Source of the DNA: Lingula anatina
Lineage: Eukaryota; Animalia; Brachiopoda
Length of the DNA: 64,000 nt
Direction of reading: 5' to 3'
Assembly (NCBI GenBank): GCA_051362555.1
Contig: CM120647.1
Location: forward strand, 20,002,651 to 20,066,650
Shown one piece after another: positions 51,412 to 64,000 of the stretch. Under the pieces are notes generated by a model that made no database searches, was not told the origin of the DNA, and saw nothing but the letters and a program-made list of their open reading frames with translations. The first letter of the stretch is position 1. The number at the start of each line of letters is the position of its first letter. The position numbers were made by a program, and so were the translations under genes.

Positions 51412-52055
51412 TGTCAACTAACTGCGCAGTTTTGCGTTCTTGCACTGAAAAACTACCAGGTAAATAAAGGCTTTAATCATCCACCGACTCCATGGTATCA
51501 CGGCAAAGACGTTTCAATAAGCTAAACCTATTTATATTACCCTGACAAAAATCATAAAAGGGTTTACACTAAGCGGGGTTCTAGTGCGTTGCAAAAGCAG
51601 CATTTCTTCATAAAGACCAACAAAAGGGCCGGTTATTTACTCTTCCATTCATTTAGCAGTTGACGCGTATATCATAATGCAATAATGTATGCCCATAATC
51701 CCCTGTCAAAATCCTCTGGCAACCAAGACAGTTAATTGGCATACAGGTACATACAAATGCATGCATATTTGAAACGTGTATAAACGGTGATGCACCATTT
51801 CGCTGTTGACTAACCCACGACTTTCGTGTCAACTAACCGCGCAGTTTTGCCTCCTTGCACTGAAAAACTGCCAGGTAAAGAAAGGCTTAAATCAACCAGT
51901 GACTCCATGGTTTTAAGGCAAAGGTGTGTGAATAAGCTAACCCTATTTACATTACCCTGGCAAAACACATACAAAACATGTGCCTTACACTAAGAGGGGT
52001 ACCTGTGCGTTACGAAAACAGTATTTCTTTATAAAGACCAACAAAAGGACCGGTT
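51412..52055. repeat. Imperfect direct repeat, about 225 bp x2
   Basis: TGTCAACTAACYGCGCAGTTTTGC...AAAGACCAACAAAAGG starts at 51412 and 51827. Confidence 0.8.
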
Positions 52056-52696
52056 TTCCTTTTTATTTACTCTTTGTGCCTGTTACGTACAAAAGGAATA
52101 TTGATTGGCATTGCTAGGGTGTTGATGTTTTTCACAAAGCACAAACGGACAAAATGGTACTAGTATTGAATCCACTATGCAGGGCTCAGACAAACAAATG
52201 CACCGTCTGTAGAAAATGCAAAGTTGTCCTTGGGCCAAAGTTTTTAAAGGCACACAATAAGCATTTCAAGCATTTACAACATGGAATGTATTCATGTAGA
52301 AATTTCAACGACCTTCCCTTAATTACCACTGTGATATCCTTGGGATCAACTAACTTAACTATTAACATCTGTTTTTATAGATCTTTAAAACCAGTCCATA
52401 ATCGATCTCACCTCTTCAGGTGGGGTCCTCTCAAGCATACTTGACCCTCTATATTGATTAATTTCGCTTTAATTCTTTACTTTAATTCTTAACTGCAGTA
52501 CAATCCAGAAAGCGCATGAAACATGAAATATTTTGTTGACTTTTGGTTACCGTTATCGTAGAGACATTGCGATAACGGATTTAAGAATTTGGACCAGGGA
52601 GGGGGGCAAATATGAAAACTCAAAAAAAGCAGGTGAGTTTTGTCAGTTAATGCAGATCCCAAGGATTTTGCTGTCCTGATAGCAATACCTATATAC

Positions 52697-52735
<39 letters not shown>

Positions 52736-53424
52736 CGGGAGGAAGGGGGGTCGGGGGCGGGGAGGGAGGAGTAAAAATGGAGGAGAATCAGATATCTTTA
52801 AACTTGAAGGGGTCACATGACTTGCTTTGCATAGCACCCTGGACTGCCATTGTAATATTGATTTTGCTTGCATGGTAAACGATCTCAGCATTGAGACAAT
52901 AATCCAATACAAACTGCCGACCTAACGTGCACGCCTGTACACGACGTGGTGCTGATTATCTCGCAACTGAATATTCTGCAAACTTCATATGTCTGTCGTG
53001 TGTGTATTGTGCATGCAGACTGAGTAGACAGTTCTGAAAAGTTGGAAAATTACTGAAAATTGTGATTGTTTTTATTCCCATATTTTATGTTTTCATTTGT
53101 TTATATATTTATTGTCAAGTGGTTAATCCACAGCTGCGAAATGACTACGAATATAGATCAATAGATATTGTTGATTTTTTTATTTCTTTGTTGAGCATTT
53201 GGCTGGCGCGTTAACAGGAGCGAGCAATATTGATTTATCATAAATGTGAATTCCACCATAGAAATACAAATTCATGATATAAATGTATCCTAGAAAATAC
53301 GCTAAAATATGTTTTGGGAAATATCTTAAGTCACATAATCCCTTAATTTAGCATCTTTATTTTTAATTAATTTTACTATTAATTGACTGATACATAAAAG
53401 ACAATCATTGAATGCGGTGACATT

Positions 53425-53651
53425 TTAACAATGCTCCTGGTACGTAGCGACCTTAAAGTTATTCTTGGTGACAGTATCCCAAGAAATGAGACTCCCCTCG
53501 TTAGTATTGGCACATATTGCCAGGCCGGGGATGTCGACTTTATCATGGTCCCAGACGTTGACGCCGCCGACGAATCCGACAAATGAAGGGCGCTTCGCAT
53601 AACCCCCGGGTCTTGCTTCAAAGTGGGTGTGGCCGACTACCCAGTCACCGC
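53425..53651 (-). CDS. Pentraxin-like gene 1, last exon
   Basis: Phase-1 acceptor; GGDWVVGHTHFEARPGGYAKRPSFVGFVGGVNVWDHD...EGSLISWD...EHC*; 227 nt. Not in the ORF track in this frame. Confidence 0.9.
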
Positions 53652-53855
53652 CTGGAACAGTTTCAAATTGATGAAAAAGTGAAATAATAAAAAAACGCTT
53701 TTTTGATAAAAAATGAAATAATAGACATGGTACATAAGTTTACAACATAGAAATTGCCAAACAAATAAGCAGAACAAATCAATATGAAATATTTTGCTCT
53801 ATAAAATTAATATTAAGCCATAATGTTTTTTTTGATGTCTTTAGCACTCTCTTAC

Positions 53856-54245
53856 CACCGGGTATGTAAGAAGCATTCACAGGGCGACTCAGCGCGTGAA
53901 TACCATCCCTATACATATTAATCTCTCTCTTGACACCACTCCACATGACGCACCAGTGGTGCCAGTTCCCATCGGCCGGTAGGGGCGCTTCGGCATAGGA
54001 GCCCCCTTTCAGCACACGGACGCCATTCAATGCCACGGAGTATCCGTGACCATTAGGACTGTAGGCAAGCTCTATACTACGAGGATAGCGTTCTGAACCG
54101 TAGGATAAGATAGGGCCACTTGTAGTCCGGATGGTTTTAATCCAGATGCAGATAGTGAAAGCGTCCAAATTGGGCGTTGTTGCCTGCAGGTGTGACCAGC
54201 GGAGAACGTTCTCTGGTGCAGGAAAGTGGAGAACGCGGTTGCCAC
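53856..54245 (-). CDS. Pentraxin-like gene 1, internal exon
   Basis: 390 nt, phase 1-1. RVLHFP...PNLDAFTICIWIK...ILSY...DGNWHHWCVMWS...MYRDG carries the pentraxin HxCxxW signature; AG and GTAAG boundaries. Confidence 0.92.
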
Positions 54246-54776
54246 CTGAAAGTAAAATGTTTTTCTTCAGAGCGAGAAAATAATACTAAATTCGTCGTAG
54301 AAATCTCAATAATGTAGGTAAAATATGAAACAAGCACTTCTATTTTGTTCAATATTTTATTTTCCAGTATGGTATGAATACATTTCTACACGCATATACA
54401 TGTACAGTGTAGTCTACAGTAGCTCAGTGCCTTAAGTACAGAGAGAGTTATAGACAAACGTCACCGGTTATTTCATCTCATTCAGATTCCTTTTACGAAC
54501 GAGCTCGAGACGGCAGTTATGAATAAAAAATTATGAAAAAATAATAATAAAAGATGTACATGTATTTAGTTGTTATAGATTTTGTGCATAAAACGTGCTT
54601 GCAGTATACATGTATGTATGCATGCCTGCGTATATAATGCAAACATTAACGGTATAGTAATTAAGCCTCTATATACGTCTAGTATTTTTTCTTTTAATTT
54701 TTTTTTTTTTTACTTTTGTACCTCCTTATATTAAATGGTTATGTTATCACGTCGTATAACGAACAAAAGACGATTT

Positions 54777-54840
54777 CTACTACTACTACTACTACTACTT
54801 CTGAAAATCTCTCTCTCGCTTGCTCTCCAGTCTCTCTCTT

Positions 54841-54878
<38 letters not shown>
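54777..54878. repeat. (TAC)n and (CT)n microsatellites
   Basis: Directly visible. Confidence 0.93.
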
Positions 54879-56504
54879 CGCCTCGGCTTATATGTTATCG
54901 TAAAATAAAAGAAAAAAATTAAACAAAATAAAAAAGAAACATGTACAACTGTGACAAAATTGGAATAATTCACTCAGTATGTGATAACAGTTAAGCGGAC
55001 AGTACCCAAACTGACGGCATCAGAATATTAAAGCACAGATATCATAGGTGTGCTAATGATATCAAATTGTTGAGGCAACAGTTATAAAATAAAATACAAT
55101 CTTTAGCAGCTGATTGTTCGGCACAGAAATAGCAGCCATAAACAGCCATTTCTCTCCAACCATCTCTCCCCACCAAATGATCTTTCAGAGTAAAATGGAA
55201 TCATTTCTTCATTTTTTCCATAGACGACTGCTTTTCTTTAGATGAATGAATGGATTCTAGCGATTTCGTGATTGGCATCGGCCCCAAAGTCTTAAATAAA
55301 TACCAGAACAAAGATCATGTAGAAAACGTACCCATCGCTCTTTCGTGCTACAAAACAATTTTTCTTTTGTTTAACAAAAATGTATTTTCGTCTTTTCATC
55401 TTAAATGATATTCAAGACACAATTACATTTCCGTTGTTTTCTACAGCACCTGAATAGTATCCGGAATGACAGTGAGCTTTAAACCATAGGTGTGGTTTTT
55501 ACTGACCGTTTTATAATGAACTTAACCTTATTGCATGACTCATGAATATTAGTAGCGAGTAGAAGTTTCGACCTCATATCGCTGTAAACGTGTCCATAGT
55601 CTCTTATCTGTGTATAAGCAAAGATGTGACTTGACATTTTTCTTTAAATATGTCGCCAAGGTAATTCATTATTTTCGTGTAAAAGGCGCATGATATTCTC
55701 CACACAATCTATCAAGTAGTAAGCACTTACACAAAGGAGTAGTGTTTGTAATGTTTGTAGTCAGTGTTATAAATAATCTGTGTGGATCAAAATTTCTGAA
55801 TTTATCTATTTATCAATTTAATTTTGCTTGATTCTTTTTTTTTTCCTTTTCTTCTTGTCTTTCTTGAATTATTCAAATTATTCAAAGACGTGTAGATTGA
55901 CACTACATGTAGTATAACACGAACTGATGAAATGGACAAGCTTTTTGCTCAACCTGAGGTTAACTGTGTATACTTATACTGTAGCTGTTAAATGAACATA
56001 CAGATTTATCTGGTATAAACGTGTATCATAGAAAAAAAACAAATATAACTTCATGTAGTCTAGAAGAATAACGTAAGTGTAGTCACTGTACATGTATAGT
56101 ATACTTATTTTACTAGGTGTATCATATCTACATGTAAATGCTATATTGAATAAATGAGACAGATCATGAATGTTGGTGTCATTTTTTTCTGTCCACAAAG
56201 TGTAACTCAACTGCAATCTATCCTACCAAAATTTAGCCCATAAAGACAGACGCAGGCCACGATCAAACTAAGAAATACTCAATTTCTACGTATCCTCCTT
56301 CCCTACTATTGAGTACTACTCCCGACCCAAATAAAACCTTTGCATCACTGCTAACCGTCCATGCGTTACTAAGAATCCGTTCAGAGCTCCATAAACTTAT
56401 CTTTAATGGAATAGTTATAGAGAAAATAGTGGCTTCTTTAATACATCAAAATACCTTAAATATGGTTAACTTCTTAAAAAATATTTTGTTTATTAGGATA
56501 ACAC

Positions 56505-56551
<47 letters not shown>

Positions 56552-57451
56552 AGCCAGATTTTTTATAAGGTAATCAACGTGCAGCTACTGATTAATCTAT
56601 TGCATACACGACAAACGGCGACAAAAAGTACAGTACCTCTGTTTATTCATCATCATATTCCTCACGTAAATTCGCGTGAGAATATCACCCATGCCCCTGA
56701 AAATTGAGTTCTTTACTGCACTTTATTATTTCACTGCATACAATAAAAATAAATAAATAAATAAAAATTGTATGCGAATTATTTCTGAAAGGACTGTACG
56801 TCCAAATGACATTGTACATAACATGTTTGCAAAGCAGCTAATGTGACATTCATGTAATTAATGCATATACTTTAAATTATGCCAACAACAAAAACCGCAA
56901 TAAAAATCCCCATACTCTGTGAAGCAACCCCCCCCCCCCCACACACACACACACAAACAAGAAAACAACAAACTAAAACACCGTTGGTACTAACTCTCAT
57001 TCGACTTGCATCGACATTTTTACCAGATAAAAAGGACACAATCTTTATTTTACCTTAAGCTCTGCCGCTGTCAACAAACGTTGCGTGCGCCTGTCGCAAC
57101 TTTGAAATAAAATGTGTACTTAATATTCTGAAAATTCATCATAACATATCTTGTATATATCTTGTATGCAAGAAATAATTAAATTAGATTTAAGTGTGTC
57201 AATAAAGTACTATCGAGTTTGGTACAATGTCTGAGGTTTCGGCTTGCTGCCTTCTTCAGGGACTCAGAACTGTTTCTTTTTTTCGCCAAAAAGGGTCCAT
57301 TGGTGCATAAAATCAAACAAGCAAAAAAATGCGTTTCACAAATACCCCCCTGACTTACAGCGCTCGATCACATACAAAATACATTTGCTCTATCAGTAGA
57401 TCTAAATGTAGCGGGCAAAGCGCTAAAGATGGTTATCTAGAGTGACTTTAA

Positions 57452-59256
57452 GGTAGATCGGTCGTTACATGTTCCAACGTTCGAATTTTTTTAAAAATTT
57501 TTTTGTTTGAAGAGACACCCAAGTACATTAAAAATTTGCAAAAAAAATTGGGGGTCACCGACCAAATAAGAGAACTACGCCCAGATATGTTACACCCTGC
57601 ATATCGCACTAGTCCCCATTCAAATCAATGGGAAAATGGGTATTTTTTCACTAAAGCATTATTTTTTATGACTTTCTGACGTTTGAATTTTTTTAAAAAA
57701 CTTTTTGTGTAAAGAGGCTTCCAAGTACATTTAAATTTTGCAAAAAAAATTGGGGGTCACCGACCAAATAAGAGAACTACGCCAAGTTGAAGCGCATTAC
57801 ACCCTGCGTGACGCACTAATCCCCATTCAAATCACTGGGAAAATGGGTGTTTTTTCACTAAAGCATTATTTTTTATGACTTTCTGACGTTTGAATTTTTT
57901 TAAAAAACTTTTTGTGTAAAGAGGCATCCAAGTAGATTTTAATTTTGCCAAAAAAGTTGGGGGTCACCGACCAAATAAGAGAACTACGCCAAGTTGAAGC
58001 GCATTACACCCTGCGTGACGCTCTAATCCCCATTCAAATCACTGGGAAAATGGGTGTTTTTTCACTAAAGCATTATTTTTTATGACTTTCTGACGTTTGA
58101 ATTTTTTTAAAAAACTTTTTGTGTAAAGAGGCATCCAAGTAGATTTTAATTTTGCCAAAAAAGTTGGGGGTCACCGACCAAATAAGAGAACTACGCCAAG
58201 TTGAAGTGCGTTACACCCTGCGTGACGCAACAGTCGGAAGTCCCCATTCAAATCAATGGGAAAATGGGTGTTTTTACTAAATCGTTATTTTTTATGATTT
58301 CTTGTTTTGTGTGTGTGTGGAGAGACATCTAAGTACATTTAAAAATTTCATTATGTTTAACAGTTAAAGTGAGTATACTCAGCTATTTTCAGATTTGTCA
58401 TACTGATGAGGTGTAAGCCATTAACTTTACAACAAAATTATTGAAGAGAGTAATAAGGGAAATACTCATGCATATGAAAATAGTTTATTGTTGTCGCTGT
58501 TGTTAATTAATGAATATAACATGAACGTGACATCGTAAACACTGTGTTGTCAAGTAAAATGAAGCGTCTGATACAAAGTATCAAATGCGGCATTCACGTG
58601 CTTGCTTTCGATGCGTTCAGTACACTTTGTTTACACTGACAAGTCAAGGTCAGAAGTGCACAATTTTTCTGTATAATATAACGCAGTTTCAATTTTGATT
58701 AGTGAATTTTCTTCAAGCTGTATGGCCATTTTCTGAACATTTGTATAAGCTACGAAATATTCCTCAGCCCAAATTTTCTCTACTTCTATGGTCTAAATGA
58801 GTGGCGTTACGACGCACTTCCGGTTTTCGTCGAAATCTAAGCTACGGTATGCAGCACATTCAGGGCGTTCTACCTCAAAATGTACGCAGCCGCTTTGATT
58901 GGAATTTACAACACTTATTCTTTACATGATATAGCACCTACTGCATAATTTGTGAGCTTTAGCTGTCATACATTTTCTAGTGCCAAATCAAATTGGAGAA
59001 GGAGCTATTCCGACGATTTCTTGAAGGGCAAGTCTATGAACGTGCTACAGTTGTCGTATGGAATCATAGTCGACAAACGTTGTTGAAAATCTGTATCGAT
59101 CATACAGAGTTACATACAAGTTGATAATGTGTGTTTATCTTATAGATAACTGTTTTATTCCCTCAAATTGATAAAACAGACCGAAGTGTCGTTAGAGACG
59201 ATTGACGATGCGCTGAAATTGCGCAAATCGTCAAATTACGTAACGACCGATCTACC
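57452..59256. mobile_element. Kolobok-like non-autonomous DNA element with four internal 202-207 bp tandem units
   Basis: TTAA|GGTAGATCGGTCGTTAC ... GTAACGACCGATCTACC|TTAA; TCACCGACCAAATAAGAGAACTACGCC at 57555, 57757, 57964 and 58171. Confidence 0.88.
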
Positions 59257-59810
59257 TTAAACACAACAGTCCAGAAAAGTCCCTGCCCTGAGCATCTAAA
59301 TGGACCTCGAACTCGTATACTCCTTATCATTATCATCATGGTCATAAGTACTGATAGACACCAGACGTTGTTAACAGAGTCGGACATGGAAGCATTATTT
59401 CAATATCCAGATATGTATGAATCTAAGACTGCGTTCCCATAAACCCATCGTATTAGCCGGAGCTATCTATTTCTGCGAAGCTTCTTGCTAAAGTGCTTTC
59501 AGTGTTATCAGCTGTAACTAGGGGAAATTCACTATCGTTAATTACCTCCTTGCATCTTCAAAGTTCGCTTGCACTGAATGCGATTCGCTGAGTTAGATAG
59601 ATCCAGATAGTACAAGTTTCAAGTGTAGTTAGGTTCTACTGGAAGACCATACGTTCCGGTGTGGTCAAACTTAAAAAAAAAACCGCACTGCATCTTACTT
59701 GGAGTCCAACCGACGACTCTTATATTTTTAAAAATGCCACACTAAAACGTTTAAGCACGCTCCTTTTATGTAAGCGTTGATCGGTGATAAAGACCCCCCC
59801 CCCCTCTTAC

Positions 59811-59880
59811 CTGGCATACAAAGACACTGGGGGAATATACACAAACCCAGGATCAGGACAAACGGTATTCCCCGCAGCAT
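59811..59880 (-). CDS. Candidate signal-peptide first exon (proximal) of pentraxin gene 1
   Basis: MLRGIPFVLILGLCIFPQCLCMP, 70 nt, CAG|GTAAGA phase-1 donor compatible with the 54245 exon. Confidence 0.65.
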
Positions 59881-61664
59881 GGTGTCGTCCTCGCGTTGGA
59901 TCACTGCACAACGCAAAATGTGAAAAAAGCGCACTATAAAACTCTTTGTTTTGTTGTAACATCGAGAGATAACATCGCCTGCTTTATCTCTGTCCCTGAT
60001 TGATTGAGAAGGGTACAATATTTGTGGCAGCTAAAGGGAAGACATGTCACTTTTTGCGCCGCGGTTCATTTTTCAATTCCGCAGTAAGTTCCTATAACAT
60101 GTAACAGTCTGAGATAGCATTGAATGTAAAAAGGTAATTGCACTGTACATGTAGCTCTACCATTCAATGAATCCACTGAATGTAGAAATATATTACTAAA
60201 CGCAATGAATAAATCTGTTAAAATATTCATTAAAATATTGCAAATTAATAAATGAACGTATAATTAAATATGACAAAACGCATTAATTTTAATATATGAA
60301 TAAATAATACGTCTAAAACCACCTTTGTGTCGATGCCTGTTTTAATACTGAGATTATCAAAAGACTCTCAGGAACTAAAAGAAGCTAAAGTACTGAAGCA
60401 CTAGGCTTTTTCAGCACCACGCTTTTCAAGAGGAAAACATCTACTTGGAAAAGAACATGGGCTGAAAATTGCATGACTCGCACAAATCAAACGCTCGTAC
60501 ATTAACTTGAACATTAAAGAAAGGTCAAAGGCCATTTCAAGATTGGCAGATAGCACATGGGCATCAATATACGTGTATTTTGTGGATAAAAGTTTTAATG
60601 GAACAAAAGGTACAAACATATTTGCACGCCTGCTTTAACCTTCCAAGTGACGATTATTAACGGGCTATAAGACTAATAAACACAAAAAAAGAAAAGAAAA
60701 AAAGGCCACCACCTTGAATGCAACGCCACCTATCAATTATTCCTTCATGACATAAAGACCAAGAAGGCTGAGAACGTTGACTGATTTACTTTATCGACTT
60801 TATCTCGAACTGAATATTTTGTTTCAACACTATAAATAATAAATGACCTCTGGTTTTAATTTAAACTTGTTAGATCACGTGATGACAGCAGACAAATCAC
60901 ACTCAAACTCACTCCACTTACACTAAACGCCCTAGGCTACATCGTCCCAGTCATCTTTTGTGAATCCCACATCACTAGAAAACCTCGGTAAATTCTTTTG
61001 AAGTCCTCGTCTTTTTGAGTACAGGGAAATCATTTGGTTTTAATTTAGCGTGAAACGGGGTATATGAAATGGAACCGTGCCATTGGACCGGTATTTTGGT
61101 GGTTATCTCCCTTTTTATCACAAAAAATGTTTTACATAGTTTGCTGTTTCTGAATTGTACTGCTTATACAGCCAATGATGTTATTGACATCCCCGTTTTA
61201 GTGTTATTAGATTTTATTTTGTTTTTGTCTGTCTGGTTTTATCTAAGAGGACAAATCACGAAATATTGCATTGCGTATGAACAGAAACTTATTAATGTAC
61301 AAAAAGGTAGATGCAAGTTATCCATTGGGAAATCCACATGGTAGCGCATGTCAAGACAAATTGATCAAGTTGACCAGATTATGCAATCTATGGCTCTAAA
61401 TGAGACCTCTTTCTCTGGTCATCCAAGACCAAACTTGTTCATGTGCATTTTATTTTTGTAATGTGTCTCAAAATGAAACATAACGAACATAAAATATATT
61501 TTGCCTTCAAGTTTTTCTGCAACGGCACGGCACATATAATTAATAATGATGGAAATACGTTAGCCATCCACACTTTAGTCAATCAGGAAGATAAATAGAG
61601 ACCAATAAATGTAAACAAACCCTACCAAAGGGGTGACATTCACATACAAGGTACATGTATTTAC

Positions 61665-61734
61665 CTGGGGCCGCGTCTCCACAGCTGATGCAGAATGTCA
61701 AAGCCAACGCTGCAAGCAGTGAACGACCAAACAT
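61665..61734 (-). CDS. Candidate signal-peptide first exon (distal) of pentraxin gene 1
   Basis: MFGRSLLAALALTFCISCGDAAP, 70 nt, CAG|GTAAAT phase-1 donor, TATA box upstream. Confidence 0.7.
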
Positions 61735-61807
61735 GATTGCGTCTCTTACTGAAACTGGGAAGAAGATTCCAGTATACTGCAGTCTGACTCTAAACATTTG
61801 CTATCCC

Positions 61808-61814
61808 TTTTATA
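61808..61814 (-). promoter_or_regulatory. TATA box
   Basis: GGCTATAAAAGGG on the minus strand, about 75 nt upstream of the ATG at 61734. Confidence 0.6.
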
Positions 61815-63391
61815 GCCTAAGGCCAAGCTTTACGTACATTTTGTAATATGTCTCCGATGGTATCGAAAAACTGTTTAAATGCCCATTTGTATATGATGAT
61901 GATGGAAAATAGATCAGGGATATAATATGTCACAAATTTTACTAAGATGTTAACTGCAGCGTATCTGATATAATATCATAATCAATACTACATTTTTGAA
62001 AAGTAAACTCTCTATCGCATGCAGAATACCGTTAGCTGTTATTTTATGTACATATATGTGGTACTTTGGTGTCTTTTTAATGGTTTTAGGACAGAGAGAC
62101 ATTGTATTTATAGCATAACTTTTATCTAAAATACCCCTGTTTAGTGGACATCATGGTATTTTTGTCTCGATGTGAGCAATTTATTTCACAAAAGGCAGTT
62201 TTACATGCTGTATGACCATTGCAATATAGTGTTAAAGGTGTGTCCATGTCCCAGTTTGAGTGATATCAGAATTAATGTATTTTGAATAACCGTTTGAATA
62301 TAAATCTTCTTTTGAAAACAGAATTTCCGAATATATGATTCGCGGCTGCCTTTTGGAGTTGTCCTTTAACAAATACTTAACCTGAATAAAAATTTCGAAA
62401 TTTGGCTTTTCAGATTAAACAAAGCAGTCATTCTCTGTGATCTTAGCCTAAAGCCTTGCGTGCAGCCTTGATATGCCTCACGACAAAGCATATGGGGTTA
62501 ATTTTTCCACATTTCAATTGGGCGATGCATTTACATTTTAATGTAATTAAAATAACTTAGATTCAAACCAAATGAAATGATATACCTGTAATAATGAAAC
62601 AAATAGAGTGAATGAAGTTATTATCAAATTGGAGGAGGAACATTCAGAGACATGTAACGCAACTTAAAGTTACGCAAACTCAAGTATTTCTTTTAGGATC
62701 TGAAACCGATCCTTGTCTGGACCCAATACTGCGGAGTGGCACAGCTTTTACTCTTTCTTTGAGGATCTGAAGCCAAACTTGGGGATTCTGTATTCTGACC
62801 GCTCCCTGATGCTTTTCAAGAAAACATTTGGTAACGGCTGAAATGTCATTACCCTACATGTAGGTAATGGATTTTGATGGTGCGTATTCATTAACTTAAT
62901 GCAGTATTTAATTGTAATATTTAATCTATTTTTGTATTGACTCCATTATTTGAACACGAAAATTCGGTTGATACATTTATTACTGTGGATTAAGTTCAGC
63001 CATACTAAGATATGGGGCGACTTTTAAACATAGCACTTAATCTTTTGAAATATTCAGTTATTTTTATGTAAAAACGACTGTCCAAAAATGAAACAAAACT
63101 AAGAACACAATGATCAATGATCTTGTCACTTCCTGTATTTCTTTATTGAACACTTGACATCTGTTCATAATAAAAGTAATATTTATGCGGAGAAGAACAA
63201 AGTGATGTTGCTGTTTTAAGTTTGAGTCATAGAGGGCATTACCTCCATATTGCATGCAAAGATATCCAAGAAAAAGATAAGTAAAATGAGTTTTGAAACA
63301 AATGACTTTAGTCACAATATTCTAATTCTGAGACCCTTGAATTCTTAAAATATAAAAAACAGACGACATAGTTTAGAAAACTGTGTAAAAT

Positions 63392-63618
63392 TTAACAATG
63401 CTCCTCGTATGTTGCGACCTTGAAATTTAACTTGGTGACAGTATCCCACGACACGAGACTCCCCTCGTTACTATTGGCACATATTGCCAGACCGGGAATG
63501 TCGACTTTATCATGGTCCCAGACGTTGATACCGCCCACGAACCCGACAAACGAAGGGCGCTTCACATACCCCCCTTCCCGTGCTTCGGTATGGGTGTGAC
63601 CCACGATCCAGTCGCCAC
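63392..63618 (-). CDS. Pentraxin-like gene 2, last exon (rest lies beyond the window)
   Basis: 227 nt, near-identical in protein to 53425-53651: GGDWIVGHTHTEAREGGYVKRPSFVGFVGGINVWDHD...EEHC*. Confidence 0.9.
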
Positions 63619-64000
63619 CTGGAAAAATAATCAATGTTAATCAAAATATGTCATCAAAATTGGTACAGTAAATAGAAAACCACGTAGCGGATATAGCTAC
63701 GTGCTTAGATATACGGACAAGGAAATTATAAGATAAATATGTTTTAAAAAGAGAATGAACAATTAAATAAACGAACGTGCTTAAAAGGAAACACAGCAAA
63801 AAATGAATAATAATAATAAAGAAAGTATAACATTTATATAACCAAATATTTTATTGTTATGCTATGCTAACTCTCCGTGTTTGCTGGGGAATATGTCTTA
63901 TTTTTTATTTATTGTTCAATTTTATCGACTTCTCAAAAGTGAACACTCAATAGTTGTGAAGAATGTTTCATTTACAAAGAGATTGGCAGATTGTACTGTA

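Noticed and set aside
57052-57110. Small extra pentraxin exon
   Set aside because: It has AG/GT-like ends but a TGA in the required phase-1 frame.

Overview
AT-rich eukaryotic DNA (GT-AG introns, microsatellites, TE families typical of aquatic invertebrates; taxon not determinable from this window). It looks like an innate-immune gene cluster interleaved with transposons. Two paralogous minus-strand genes encode CARD + NB-ARC/STAND NTPase + TPR-array proteins (NLR-like). Gene A (2645 to <1) carries a 1-nt frameshift. Gene B (48642 to 42770, about 1872 aa) has 13 near-identical 249-bp (83-aa, two-TPR) units with mosaic variable blocks and a decayed repeat tail. Part of a gene A repeat is 80/83 nt identical to gene B repeats although the NTPase domains are clearly diverged, which suggests repeat exchange between loci. 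The right end holds tandem atypical pentraxin genes, with two candidate signal-peptide first exons upstream of one gene body. Mobile elements: a very young pol-less LTR element with an orphan ORF, a deleted ISL2EU-like element, an IS3EU-like foldback MITE, an 18-kb stack of Helentron/HINE-like elements with 161-bp arrays, a CR1/L2-group LINE, nested TIR elements, Tc1 and Gypsy remnants, and a Kolobok-like MITE. All alignments were done by eye; no database searches were run.
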